Virus record (IMG/VR): IMGVR_UViG_3300009391_000001 | Strand: one strand, 5' to 3' | DNA length: 60,156 nucleotides | From: a virus | Shown here: positions 7,762 to 16,652 of the stretch, piece after piece | Numbering within the stretch: position 1 is the first letter of the stretch | Layout of the letters: the number at the start of each line of letters is the position of its first letter | Notes under the pieces: generated by a model | What the model was told of the DNA's origin: nothing | Databases searched by the model: none | What the model saw: only the letters and a program-made list of their open reading frames with translations | Position numbers and translations under genes: made by a program

Positions 7762-8342
7762 TCGGATGCCTCCGCTTCTAACCGCTTAATCGCAAACTCA
7801 AGGTATTTCGCAGCCTTGCGTAAATCCTCCGTAGGCGTATCGTGTTTATACGGAGCGCGTGCGATGTACTTTATTGCGGTTCCCGCGCAGTGTGCCACGA
7901 AGCCGTCCGCATAGCCTTGCGTGATTTCCTCGATAACTTCGATAGTTTCGAATTTACCGCGCTTGTAATGTGAAGGCGAATTAACGGCGTCACTTGTTCC
8001 CGTCTCGATAGCGTCTAATTCCGTCTGTTTGAGTTCGATAATATCCGCGTGGAAATTCGGAGCAAGCGCCTTCTCAACATCGGAAAGTCTGCGTCCGAGA
8101 TTCGCTAGTAAATCGTGTATGGACGGTGAGGATTCCGTTTCTTCTGATACGATTTCGAAACAATCGAAGTCAAATTCTCCGATGATTGAACGACTTCTAG
8201 GCGCGCCACTATCATCCACGAAAAAAGCCCCGCCGTACTTAACCTCGTCTATTTCGTATTCGTGACCTAACGTAACGTAGTCGTTAAAATACCCGCCTAT
8301 ATACCGTACCTTATCGCCAACCTTCGGAATTTCCGTTAACAT
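7758..8342 (-). CDS. DUF3310-like protein carrying the same N-terminal module as the C5-MTase
   Basis: 194 aa. C-terminal SPSHYKRGKFETIEVIEE...AIKYIARAPYK...DLRKAAKYLE pattern. N-terminal PKVGDKVRYI... Confidence 0.55.
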   Translation of the reverse strand: MLTEIPKVGDKVRYIGGYFNDYVTLGHEYEIDEVKYGGAFFVDDSGAPRSRSIIGEFDFDCFEIVSEETESSPSIHDLLANLGRRLSDVEKALAPNFHADIIELKQTELDAIETGTSDAVNSPSHYKRGKFETIEVIEEITQGYADGFVAHCAGTAIKYIARAPYKHDTPTEDLRKAAKYLEFAIKRLEAEASE

Positions 8343-8372
8343 ATTACCGCTCCCCTTTCGTATATAACGCAG

Positions 8373-9011
8373 TCATCTACCACGTCTTACCACCCGTACC
8401 TCAACCGACTGCCTTCCGAACTCATACGCCTGTGCCTTCGTTTCGTGCGCTACGTCGATAATTGCGCCTTGAATAGCACCGCCGATGTCCTCCGCGATAG
8501 CTTCGAATGAATTACCGTTGCCTAGCGTTACACGCACGATTGAGCCTAGCGGAATGTAACGCGGATCAACCGCAATTACTTTATATCCTCCGCTGTATAT
8601 CGACTTCCTTAAATCAACGCCAGTCTTCGTAATGCCGGAACAACCTTCGCAATAAGCCGTGTATGCCGTAGCCGTATAAGTCTGCGCTTGTCCTACGTAA
8701 TTACTGCTACGACTTACCTCCGCTTGTTCCTTCGCCTTAACCACTTCGTGCGCTTTAGCTTCGCTGATTCTGCGCCGTGTTTCCGCGTTTGCCTTACTCA
8801 GTAATTCCGCTTGCATCTTCGCGAGCCGTTCCGCATGTTTAGCGTCAATCACCGCCAAGCCTTCCGCCGTTACGTTAGGTGGCGTAGGCTCGACGAATGG
8901 CGCCGGCGGTTCCGCTTCCTCGTCGTCTGCGGAGGATTCCGACTGCATGCCGGTGATTGCGTTGAAGTATACGGTAGTTGCGAGAATTAATGCTGCGATT
9001 AGTTTCCGGAT
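8373..9011 (-). CDS. Secreted or membrane-anchored 3D-domain (MltA/YocH-like) cell-wall-binding/lytic protein, proposed AUC start
   Basis: 3D-domain motifs YTAYCEGCSGITKTG...IAVDPRYIPLGS. The frame is open upstream of ATG 8948 and encodes RKLIAALILATTVYF. GGTGG lies 9 nt before ATC 9011. The ATG-only version is 8373-8948. Confidence 0.6.
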   Translation of the reverse strand: MRKLIAALILATTVYFNAITGMQSESSADDEEAEPPAPFVEPTPPNVTAEGLAVIDAKHAERLAKMQAELLSKANAETRRRISEAKAHEVVKAKEQAEVSRSSNYVGQAQTYTATAYTAYCEGCSGITKTGVDLRKSIYSGGYKVIAVDPRYIPLGSIVRVTLGNGNSFEAIAEDIGGAIQGAIIDVAHETKAQAYEFGRQSVEVRVVRRGR

Positions 9012-9012
9012 A

Positions 9013-9837
9013 TTACACCGCCACCTTTCCGCTTAATTTCGGATGCGGGTCGTATCCGCTGATAACGAAGTCTTCGAATGATAGCGCGTCGATGTCGTCC
9101 GTTTGCTTCGTGATTGATAGCGTAGGCAATGCGCGTGGACTGCGCTCTAATTGCGTCTTAATCTGCTCGATGTGGTTTAGGTAAACGTGCGCATCGCCGA
9201 TTGTATGGACGAATTCTCCGACTTGCAATCCGGTAACATGCGCGATCATGTGCGTTAATAGCGAGTAACTAGCGATGTTGAACGGTATTCCGAGGAATAC
9301 GTCGCCGCTACGTTGATACAGTTGACACGACAGCTTTCCGTTAGCTACGTAGAATTGAAACGCGAAGTGGCACGGAGGTAACGCCATGTCATCGAGTTCT
9401 CCGACGTTCCATGCGTTAACTAGTAAGCGACGACTATCCGGATTCTTGCGGATTTCAGCGATTACGTCCGCGATTTGGTCGACGGGATAGGACGGCGATG
9501 CGTATCCGGTACCATCACCCTCGTACGTTCGCCAATTGCGCCATTGAACCGGATATATCGGGCCGAGGTCGTAGTTATCGCGATACCACTCCCGCCAAAT
9601 CTTAACGCCATTATCTTCGAGGTATTGACCGTTCCCCTCCCCGCGCAGGAACCATAGTAATTCGTGTGCGACCGATTTCCATGCGATGCGCTTCGTCGTT
9701 AATAACGGAAAGCCTTCCGCTAAGTCGTAGCGCATCTGATAGCCGAACGTCGATAGCGTACCTGTTCCGGTGCGGTCGCCTTTTTCAACGCCGTTATCGA
9801 GAATGTGCCGACATAAGTCGAGGTATTGTTTCGTCAA
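9013..9837 (-). CDS. thyA: Thymidylate synthase (ThyA family)
   Basis: 274 aa. Motifs [38 protein letters not shown]-terminal KVAV. TTG start with AGGGAG SD. Confidence 0.9.
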   Translation of the reverse strand: MTKQYLDLCRHILDNGVEKGDRTGTGTLSTFGYQMRYDLAEGFPLLTTKRIAWKSVAHELLWFLRGEGNGQYLEDNGVKIWREWYRDNYDLGPIYPVQWRNWRTYEGDGTGYASPSYPVDQIADVIAEIRKNPDSRRLLVNAWNVGELDDMALPPCHFAFQFYVANGKLSCQLYQRSGDVFLGIPFNIASYSLLTHMIAHVTGLQVGEFVHTIGDAHVYLNHIEQIKTQLERSPRALPTLSITKQTDDIDALSFEDFVISGYDPHPKLSGKVAV

Positions 9838-9855
9838 TTAATCGCTCCCTTTCCG

Positions 9856-10023
9856 TCAATCATTCGTTAATAATCCGAGTATGAACGCGGCGAGTAGTCC
9901 GTACCAGAATATCGCTGTACCGCTTAAATCGCTGTTGAATAACGCGTTAACTGCGTCGATGACATTCGGCGTTAATCCGAAGATATTTACGATGATTACT
10001 CCGAGCAGGTATATCGCAATCAT
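9856..10023 (-). CDS. 55-aa two-TM membrane micro-protein (not in the ORF track)
   Basis: ATGA overlap with the upstream gene. GAGGTGA SD. MIAIYLLGVIIVNIFG...IFWYGLLAAFILGLL. Confidence 0.6.
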   Translation of the reverse strand: MIAIYLLGVIIVNIFGLTPNVIDAVNALFNSDLSGTAIFWYGLLAAFILGLLTND

Positions 10024-10484
10024 TCCGCAGTCACCTCGTAACCGTCTTTATCCGATAAGCCTGCTTGCCTGTCGTGATTCTCCGCGTTCTTTTCGATGTA
10101 CATCCTGTGTATATCGTCCGGCGACAACCCGACTTCGCGCGATAACGATAGTAAGAAGTGCCATACGTCGATCACTTCGCCTTGTAACGCATCCATATCG
10201 ACTTCCTTCGGATTCTTCCACCACTTCCAGTTAACTTCGCGGCGAATCTCGTCAATCTCCGATTCCATGGCGATAGTTAAACCCGTTACCCACTCGTCGA
10301 GTGATTTCGTAATACCGCGTTCAGCGATGATTCGCCCGTCAAGTGCCGCCTGCATATCGAACATTTGAGATAATTTATCGCTTGACGGTTCCGGCGAGGA
10401 TAGCGCAATAGAACTGCGCGTATGCCCCTTAAAGAACCGCTCTAATTCGAGCCTTATATCGTCTGATTCGGTGAATCTCGCCAT
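10020..10484 (-). CDS. All-alpha NTP pyrophosphohydrolase, dimeric-dUTPase/MazG-like
   Basis: 154 aa. Motifs ESEIDEIRREVNWKWWK, GEVIDVWHFLLSL, YIEKNAENHDRQ. Confidence 0.6.
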   Translation of the reverse strand: MARFTESDDIRLELERFFKGHTRSSIALSSPEPSSDKLSQMFDMQAALDGRIIAERGITKSLDEWVTGLTIAMESEIDEIRREVNWKWWKNPKEVDMDALQGEVIDVWHFLLSLSREVGLSPDDIHRMYIEKNAENHDRQAGLSDKDGYEVTAE

Positions 10485-10745
10485 TTAATCGCCCTCCCCT
10501 TCGTCTTCCTCGTAATATTCGATTTCTTCCGTATTGCCGTCCGCAAGGAATCCGATAACTGGCGTGCGTTCTTCGTATTCACCGTCTGCGAGTGCCGGAT
10601 TAATGGCGACTTGTATATCGCAATCACCGTCGCCAAGTCCTGCGATAAACTTGCCGACGTGAACGCCAATTTCTTCGAGTTCTTCCGCAGTTTCTACGTT
10701 TATTCCGAAGGTGTAATTACGGATAGGTCTGTTAGATTCCGTCAC
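10485..10745 (-). CDS. Acidic hypothetical protein (start refined to GTG 10745)
   Basis: GGAGG lies 8 nt before the GTG. The longer track ORF (to 10844) overlaps phoH. Confidence 0.55.
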   Translation of the reverse strand: MTESNRPIRNYTFGINVETAEELEEIGVHVGKFIAGLGDGDCDIQVAINPALADGEYEERTPVIGFLADGNTEEIEYYEEDEGEGD

Positions 10746-10768
10746 GGGTAACGCCTCCCTTTCGTTAG

Positions 10769-11422
10769 TTACCACGTCAAGTCGTCCGCCTTGGTGCTTA
10801 GTCTTCCGCGGAAATTTATCGAAAGTTCGCATACGTGAACCCACGATTCTTCGCGTAGATGTGCGATGTACGGATCAAAGCCCGACTTTGCCGGATTAGG
10901 TAAATCGTTTTGACCCGTATGCCCTTCGATAATCACCGTACAACTATCGTGAATTCTTGTAAGAATCTTCTTCATTTCGCCTTTCGTGAAATTCTGCGAT
11001 TCTGCGATGATTACCGTCGAGTCCTTGATGTTACTTCCGCGAGCGAAGATATGGCTCTTAGGATATACCCACGCGTCACCACGCTTCAACGCGTCCATAT
11101 TCGAAGGGTCGTAGATAACCTTCGCAGGATTTTCGCCGATTTCGAGCAATGCGTCGATTAAAGGTTGCTGATATTCAGCTTCTTTTTCCTGTTGCGTTCC
11201 CGGACGGAATCCCATTTTGCCTTCCGATACTGGCGAAAAGATATAGACGAGAGGCTTTCCGATAACTGCCGCACAAGCGACGGCGAGCGTAGTCTTACCG
11301 CTGCCCGCCCGTGCATTTACGATAGTAACTTGATTATCGAAGATTGAATCGACATACTCGCGTTGCTCACCGGTTAACTTCGGCTCAAATCCGAATAGCA
11401 TGTTGTCTTTAGGTAACGGCAT
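10769..11422 (-). CDS. phoH: PhoH-like ATPase
   Basis: 217 aa. Walker A ARAGSGKTTLAV. Typical PhoH length and layout. Confidence 0.8.
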   Translation of the reverse strand: MPLPKDNMLFGFEPKLTGEQREYVDSIFDNQVTIVNARAGSGKTTLAVACAAVIGKPLVYIFSPVSEGKMGFRPGTQQEKEAEYQQPLIDALLEIGENPAKVIYDPSNMDALKRGDAWVYPKSHIFARGSNIKDSTVIIAESQNFTKGEMKKILTRIHDSCTVIIEGHTGQNDLPNPAKSGFDPYIAHLREESWVHVCELSINFRGRLSTKADDLTW

Positions 11423-11442
11423 TCAATCGTCCCCTTTACGTT

Positions 11443-11610
11443 TTAATTACGTTTGAACATGAGCAGTATCGCATGATGCGTCAGCCATACGAGGATGTAA
11501 AGACCGAACGCTATTAACAGCGGAAGGAATACGAGCCACCAACTCCACGTAATAACTCCGACAAGTTTCAATACTACGAAGATAATCGTTAACACTTCTA
11601 ACACGCCCAT
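11443..11610 (-). CDS. 55-aa two-TM membrane micro-protein (not in the ORF track)
   Basis: AAAGGGGA SD. MGVLEVLTIIFVVLKLVGVITWSWWLVFLPLLIAFGLYILVW. Confidence 0.6.
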   Translation of the reverse strand: MGVLEVLTIIFVVLKLVGVITWSWWLVFLPLLIAFGLYILVWLTHHAILLMFKRN

Positions 11611-11639
11611 TATATCGTCCCCTTTACGTTATAGTTTCG

Positions 11640-13889
11640 TTACCTAACAGGACATACGCCCCCTTCGCAACCGTCCATTCCGTCAAGCGACGAATCTTCG
11701 CCAGTTTCGTATTGTTCGAGAATCGCCGGATCAAACGGTTTGAATTCCGCAACCATTTCGTCGTACTGTTCTTCGGTAATCGCTTCATACGGAGCTAATT
11801 CGTACGTCCCGCCGTCAGCTGCCAAGAACGATACGCCTACGAACTCGTCCCATCCGTCATATACGATTTGCTCAACTTCGCTCCATTCGTCGGGTTTAAC
11901 GGTAATCGTATTCGACGAATTATGTTCGGTGTAATAGCGTTGGAAATTGAAGTACGTATCGAATTGTTCCGATGCGCTAACGTCGTCCTTCGTAACCTTC
12001 GCGCCACTCTTAACGGGAAAGTCGATGACTAGCGTTCTAGCGTTTGCAAGACGTAGTGCTTCCGTTTCGCCTTTCGTACCGACTTCCGCATGTACTTTCC
12101 ACCCGTTATCCATCGCTGCTTTCGCTAACGGATCATTTGCGTTAATGCGTACTCGTCGGATATAGTACGGTGAATGTGAGTAATGCAATCCGCTTGATAC
12201 GCCTCCTGCGACTTGTGAAATCGTTCCTTCCGGCTTGACCGTCGTAACTAGTAACGGCGATGATACTCGCATTTCTTTCGCATACGCATCGGCTTCTCGT
12301 CGAGCGACTTCGCCTAAATGTGCGATTAACGTAGCTTCGTCAGTAGCGTTGTAACCGAGTAGCGCCATTGCGTCCTTAACGCCTGTCATCGAAGTACCTA
12401 GTAATCTATCGCGCTGCTGAACGTCGTTCCAGTGCGGAATCTCTAGCGTTACAAGCGTCATACGTAAGCCTGCTCGCGCTGATTTACGCTGCGCTTCCGT
12501 GAGTGCATCCGTATCGAGTACGTAATTATCGCCTTCTTTACGGACGAATTCTACGAGGTTAACCGTCGTTAAGTTACATACGCCATAACTGTCGAGTAGT
12601 ATCTCGGCGCAAGGGTTTAAGCCCTCCGCGTTAGGACGCCTGCGTTTCGCTTCTTCGAGGTTAACGAATCCCGGCTCGCCTTCCGCTTGCATGATTTCGA
12701 ATACTAGCGATAACTGCTCGCGCGACGGCTTTTCTTCGAAGGCTATCGAGTTGTTCGACATTCTGCGGTGATGTAACGGTCTTGCGTTAGCGTTGCCAGT
12801 CGGTAACGATTCGAGGAATTCCGCTTGCTTATGAAGTCCGGCTTTACGCGTAGCTTCTATAACCTTGCGATGCTGTTCGATATTCCAAATTCCGTTGATT
12901 CCGTATTTCGCAAACATCGACTCATAATCGTCTGCGTCGAATAGGAATATTTCGGCTGTTCTGCGTACACCACCGACAACTACGTTATTTCCGATAAGGT
13001 TTCCGATATCGAGGATATGAACCGGACGTACCTTAACGCGTGTTTCGTCGTATTGTTCTAACGGCACTAGCGTCGAATCGATTTCATTCCGTAATACCTG
13101 CGTGATTCCTTCGAACATTTCCTGTAACGGCTCATGGCCGGATGCAGATCCGCCAAATGTATTAAGGCGAGCGCCGTTCGGACGGATGTAATCGTAGAAT
13201 ATTCCGATAGTTGAAACGTCTTCATATTCGTATTCCGTTAGTAGTCGGAAGTAGATGCGCAGCGATTCGACCCAACCTTCCTTCGAGTCGCCTACGTGGA
13301 TGACCGCTTTACGTCCGCCGTCTTCTGCGTCAATTAGGAATAACTGCGTTTCGTCTTGCTTAACGATCGGATAGCGTTGTACGAACGGCTCGTGTATGAC
13401 TTCGACGTTATTCCGTATTGGACGCATGTTTGCTGCGTATTCCTTCGTAGACTTAAAGCCAACGCCAGTTCCGACGAGTAGTAAGTAGAACAAGTCGCCT
13501 AAATCGTCCCAACTGCGGACACTTACGTAAGAACAGTTAAAGTTCGCAAGCGGGTATTTATCGGCAACTCCGCCGTCAGCCCCGCCGACCCATAACGTTC
13601 TTCCCGATAGGAATTGACGTAGGTTGAACATGCTGTCGAAGAATCCTTCCGCTTCCTTTCGGAACTTCGCGTAATCAACCGCGTATCCGATTTTCTGCAT
13701 ATGCTTAACGCCTAGTCCTACGTTATATTCCGTAGCACGCCTAGCCGTTTCTTTCCACGTTTCACGGCGTCCTTTCTCCGGTAAGAATCGCGAGTATGTC
13801 CGATAATATACGAACTGTCCCAGCGCGTTCATATGCGTTGGAAAGTCCGGGTATTCCTCAATGAATTCATTCGTTAATAGTTCCGTCAC
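11640..13889 (-). CDS. nrdJ: Class II (adenosylcobalamin-dependent) ribonucleotide reductase, monomeric RTPR-like
   Basis: 749 aa. N-terminal YYRTYSRFLPEKGRRETWKET. C-terminal Cys pair CEGGVCPV. GTG start with AGGGAG SD. Confidence 0.8.
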   Translation of the reverse strand: MTELLTNEFIEEYPDFPTHMNALGQFVYYRTYSRFLPEKGRRETWKETARRATEYNVGLGVKHMQKIGYAVDYAKFRKEAEGFFDSMFNLRQFLSGRTLWVGGADGGVADKYPLANFNCSYVSVRSWDDLGDLFYLLLVGTGVGFKSTKEYAANMRPIRNNVEVIHEPFVQRYPIVKQDETQLFLIDAEDGGRKAVIHVGDSKEGWVESLRIYFRLLTEYEYEDVSTIGIFYDYIRPNGARLNTFGGSASGHEPLQEMFEGITQVLRNEIDSTLVPLEQYDETRVKVRPVHILDIGNLIGNNVVVGGVRRTAEIFLFDADDYESMFAKYGINGIWNIEQHRKVIEATRKAGLHKQAEFLESLPTGNANARPLHHRRMSNNSIAFEEKPSREQLSLVFEIMQAEGEPGFVNLEEAKRRRPNAEGLNPCAEILLDSYGVCNLTTVNLVEFVRKEGDNYVLDTDALTEAQRKSARAGLRMTLVTLEIPHWNDVQQRDRLLGTSMTGVKDAMALLGYNATDEATLIAHLGEVARREADAYAKEMRVSSPLLVTTVKPEGTISQVAGGVSSGLHYSHSPYYIRRVRINANDPLAKAAMDNGWKVHAEVGTKGETEALRLANARTLVIDFPVKSGAKVTKDDVSASEQFDTYFNFQRYYTEHNSSNTITVKPDEWSEVEQIVYDGWDEFVGVSFLAADGGTYELAPYEAITEEQYDEMVAEFKPFDPAILEQYETGEDSSLDGMDGCEGGVCPVR

Positions 13890-14060
13890 TCAATCGCTCC
13901 CTTTCGTAGTTAACCGTTCTAATTCCGCTATAGCTTCGTCCATCTCCGTTAGTTCCTCGTTCAATCCCGCCAGTTTCGCAGTCGTGCGGTCGATATCGTA
14001 TTTAATCTCCGCACGACGTTCCTTCGCTGCGTGTACCGCGCGCCTTAATGTGTAAGTCAT
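13890..14060 (-). CDS. 56-aa coiled-coil micro-protein (not in the ORF track)
   Basis: ATGA overlap upstream. Its TGA stop abuts the nrdJ GTG. MTYTLRRAVHAAKERRAEIKYDIDRTTAKLAGLNEELTEMDEAIAELERL. Confidence 0.5.
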   Translation of the reverse strand: MTYTLRRAVHAAKERRAEIKYDIDRTTAKLAGLNEELTEMDEAIAELERLTTKGSD

Positions 14061-14179
14061 CCGCCTAACATCCAGCGATAAACGTAGAACGCGTACGCAA
14101 GCACCGTCGTTGTCAACGCGATTAATATTAGCGCTACGATGGAATAGCCGACGAATTCTCCGAATTTATTTGCGTTCAT
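14057..14179 (-). CDS. 40-aa single-TM micro-protein (start refined)
   Basis: ATGA overlap with the RuvC-like stop. MNANKFGEFVGYSIVALILIALTTTVLAYAFYVY. Confidence 0.5.
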   Translation of the reverse strand: MNANKFGEFVGYSIVALILIALTTTVLAYAFYVYRWMLGG

Positions 14180-14712
14180 TTTATCAGTCCTTCCTCGATT
14201 AATTTCGCCAAGCCTACCGCACATGCGTCCGAACAATCGTCCGTAGCAAACTCGCCTGTATAACCCGTCCAATTCCGTACTGCATCGGCAACTTCGTCCT
14301 TACTCGCAACACCTTTTCCGACTACAATCCGCTTGATTTCCGACTGCGCCATTCCGTGCTTCGTTTTCTTGCGTCCTGCCTTCGTTGTCGATACGTGTTT
14401 ATCGAACGCTAACCCGAATTTGTGCGCCGCATGTTCCGTTCCTGTCCACGCAGCAAACACCGGATAGTTTTGCGCCGATGACATGCCGTGGAAATCTTCT
14501 CGGACTACGTAGTCAAATCCGTTCTTACCTACGTATTCTGCGATAAATAACGTCGCCCACGATTCAACGATGTCAGCACGTAATGCGTACGGCGATTTAG
14601 CGTCCGGTTTGACGTGGGACATAGCGATGATCACCGCTTTACCACGTTTTACTTCGAGAACCGCAACGCCCGGCGAAGTTAAGGACGTGTCAAACGCTAG
14701 AATACGCGTCAT
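14176..14712 (-). CDS. RuvC-like Holliday junction resolvase (start refined to M19)
   Basis: MTRILAFDTSLTSPGVAVLE N-terminus with catalytic Asp. C-terminal DDCSDACAVG. ATGA overlap. Confidence 0.6.
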   Translation of the reverse strand: MTRILAFDTSLTSPGVAVLEVKRGKAVIIAMSHVKPDAKSPYALRADIVESWATLFIAEYVGKNGFDYVVREDFHGMSSAQNYPVFAAWTGTEHAAHKFGLAFDKHVSTTKAGRKKTKHGMAQSEIKRIVVGKGVASKDEVADAVRNWTGYTGEFATDDCSDACAVGLAKLIEEGLIK

Positions 14713-15650
14713 TCGTAAACCGCGTCCGTGTCTTCGAGGATTTCCGTCCAAGACGCATCTACCCACGTCAAGTTATCGTTTCTTCCGCGATTAGGCGCGT
14801 CTACGAGTAACCCGCCGGGGTTATCGGTGCATCCCCCGTCATACCCAACGACTCTATGAACGCCGTTTTTTGCGGTGTAATACGCTCTCCCCCCGCATTT
14901 AACGCGCGTCCCGACAACAGGCTCCGCAGGCTTCGGCGCATCCGTAAACTCCTTCGGAATATCTACGCCGAGCGCTCGTCCTAACGCGATAGCCTTACCG
15001 ATGTCAGCGTTGAACACGTCATCGGGGGCGCATTTAGCGATACCTTTCGAGCGTACTTCGTTCGAACTGAAAACCTTCGCCAACGCTACGACTGTGCGCT
15101 TTTCTGCGTTGACGTGGAATTCCGGCGTTATTAGGTACCTACGGAAAGCCTCATTACCTCCGTATTGGTCGTTTCTGTCGCGCGCTCGACGGGTCAAGTC
15201 CGCCACAAACGCCTGCGCCCGCTTGATTACGTCGGCTCTGCGCTGGTTGGGTGACGCTGGTTCCGGGCTAATCATCGACTCCATAAAGCGTGATTTCGAA
15301 TGTCCTCGAGGGATTCTTACGAATAATCCCGTCGCCTCTGTGAACGTCTTACCGTTAATTAGTATTTCCGTAGGTTCCTGCGCCTTCTTCATCGCAGCCA
15401 CTTCCGCTTCGAGAGCCGCAATCTTCACCTCGGCTTCGGAGAGTCTTGCGTTGTGTTTGCGCGGCTTATATGGTTCGATACTTCCGGGCGTAATATAGCC
15501 GCACGTTGCGCCGTTATAATTTACGGGATAGTGTTGACCGTCGAAGCCACTGATTATCTCCGCTAAATCTCCGATTCTTGCGCTACTCATACAGTCCTCC
15601 GACACTAGTCGTTTGATTCGCACCATTTCGCCCACGTTAAACTTCGTCAT
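14709..15650 (-). CDS. Hypothetical protein with N- and C-terminal SH3-like beta modules
   Basis: 313 aa after start refinement (ATGA overlap). Conserved-looking GIAKCAPDDVFNADIGKAIALGRALG segment. Confidence 0.6.
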   Translation of the reverse strand: MTKFNVGEMVRIKRLVSEDCMSSARIGDLAEIISGFDGQHYPVNYNGATCGYITPGSIEPYKPRKHNARLSEAEVKIAALEAEVAAMKKAQEPTEILINGKTFTEATGLFVRIPRGHSKSRFMESMISPEPASPNQRRADVIKRAQAFVADLTRRARDRNDQYGGNEAFRRYLITPEFHVNAEKRTVVALAKVFSSNEVRSKGIAKCAPDDVFNADIGKAIALGRALGVDIPKEFTDAPKPAEPVVGTRVKCGGRAYYTAKNGVHRVVGYDGGCTDNPGGLLVDAPNRGRNDNLTWVDASWTEILEDTDAVYE

Positions 15651-16651
15651 AATCCCGCTCCCTTTCGTGTTTCCGTAATAAACTCGATAGCCTTCGCATA
15701 ATCGCGTTTCTTGTAATCCGGTAAATTCGAATGTTGCATACGGGAATTCTGCGCTACTAGTACGTCGAATTCTTCCGCTGATAAGTCGAGCGCACACGCT
15801 GATTTAAAATTATTGAAGAGCCATGCGTCTAACTCTAACGCAGGTGGCGTATTCTCGCGGACAGCCCGCGTAACCTGCGCTGCTTTATCGAATACTTCCG
15901 CTTTATCTTCGGCTGTAATCCGTTTACAGAACGCTCTAATGTCCGGAGTTTTAGCGTACTGCTCGTCTGTCATATTCCACGACTGTTTCGCTAGATTTAC
16001 GTAGAGGATAACGTAGTAATCGCAGTCGAACATTTCCGCATAAGCTACGGTTTGGCGAACGTGTGAATCTTCCGCAGTCTTCATCGAGTAATGCGACGTA
16101 CGTGCCGGCGTAGTTTGCTTCGACTTTACCTCGATGCCTACGCGAATCTGTTCACCGTTATCCGTTACATACGACATGATTCCGTCCGGTGCTCCGTATA
16201 GATAGAATGATTCGCCGTCGTGAGTGACGCGTTTATTCGTCTTGGCGAAGTCTTCAAACATCGGAGTGCCGTCTTCATTCCGCAGGAACTTAAAGCGCGG
16301 CGCGTTTCCGGTTAGCTTTTCGTAGTTGCGTTCGATCGCGAGTAATTCGCGCTGTATTAAATCTCCGGAAATCGTTCCGAGTTTTTGCCAGCGTCCGCGA
16401 AACGGCTTATTACGGAATGAATCGCGCTTACCGCCTTTCGCCTTAACGTATAATTCCCGCGGGCAATCGCCCAAACTCGACGGGCTGAAATATGGGCGCT
16501 TCGGCCATACCTTCGGAGGATTCGAGTACCATTTCGCAATCTGCGAGTCTAAATCGTTATCCCACGTTTCGGGTAGCGAGAACCAGTCGTCCAATAGCGC
16601 AATTAAATCGCCTTCTATTTGCGTTGATAAGTCCGTTGTGAAATCCGTCAA
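15647..16651 (-). CDS. PD-(D/E)XK (RecB/Cas4-like) exonuclease
   Basis: SPSSLGDCPRELY, GAPDGI and IGIEVKSKQ motifs. TTG 16651 lies 7 nt after GGGAGGG. Confidence 0.6.
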   Translation of the reverse strand: MTDFTTDLSTQIEGDLIALLDDWFSLPETWDNDLDSQIAKWYSNPPKVWPKRPYFSPSSLGDCPRELYVKAKGGKRDSFRNKPFRGRWQKLGTISGDLIQRELLAIERNYEKLTGNAPRFKFLRNEDGTPMFEDFAKTNKRVTHDGESFYLYGAPDGIMSYVTDNGEQIRVGIEVKSKQTTPARTSHYSMKTAEDSHVRQTVAYAEMFDCDYYVILYVNLAKQSWNMTDEQYAKTPDIRAFCKRITAEDKAEVFDKAAQVTRAVRENTPPALELDAWLFNNFKSACALDLSAEEFDVLVAQNSRMQHSNLPDYKKRDYAKAIEFITETRKGAGL

Positions 16652-16652
16652 A

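Noticed and set aside
9013-9837. A ThyA homologue acting as a dUMP/dCMP hydroxymethylase (hypermodified DNA)
   Set aside because: The catalytic Cys context (PPCH) and the dUMP-specific Asn in PFNIASY are canonical ThyA. No downstream modification genes (kinase, glycosyl- or amino-transferases) were recognised, and the sequence alone cannot separate the two activities.
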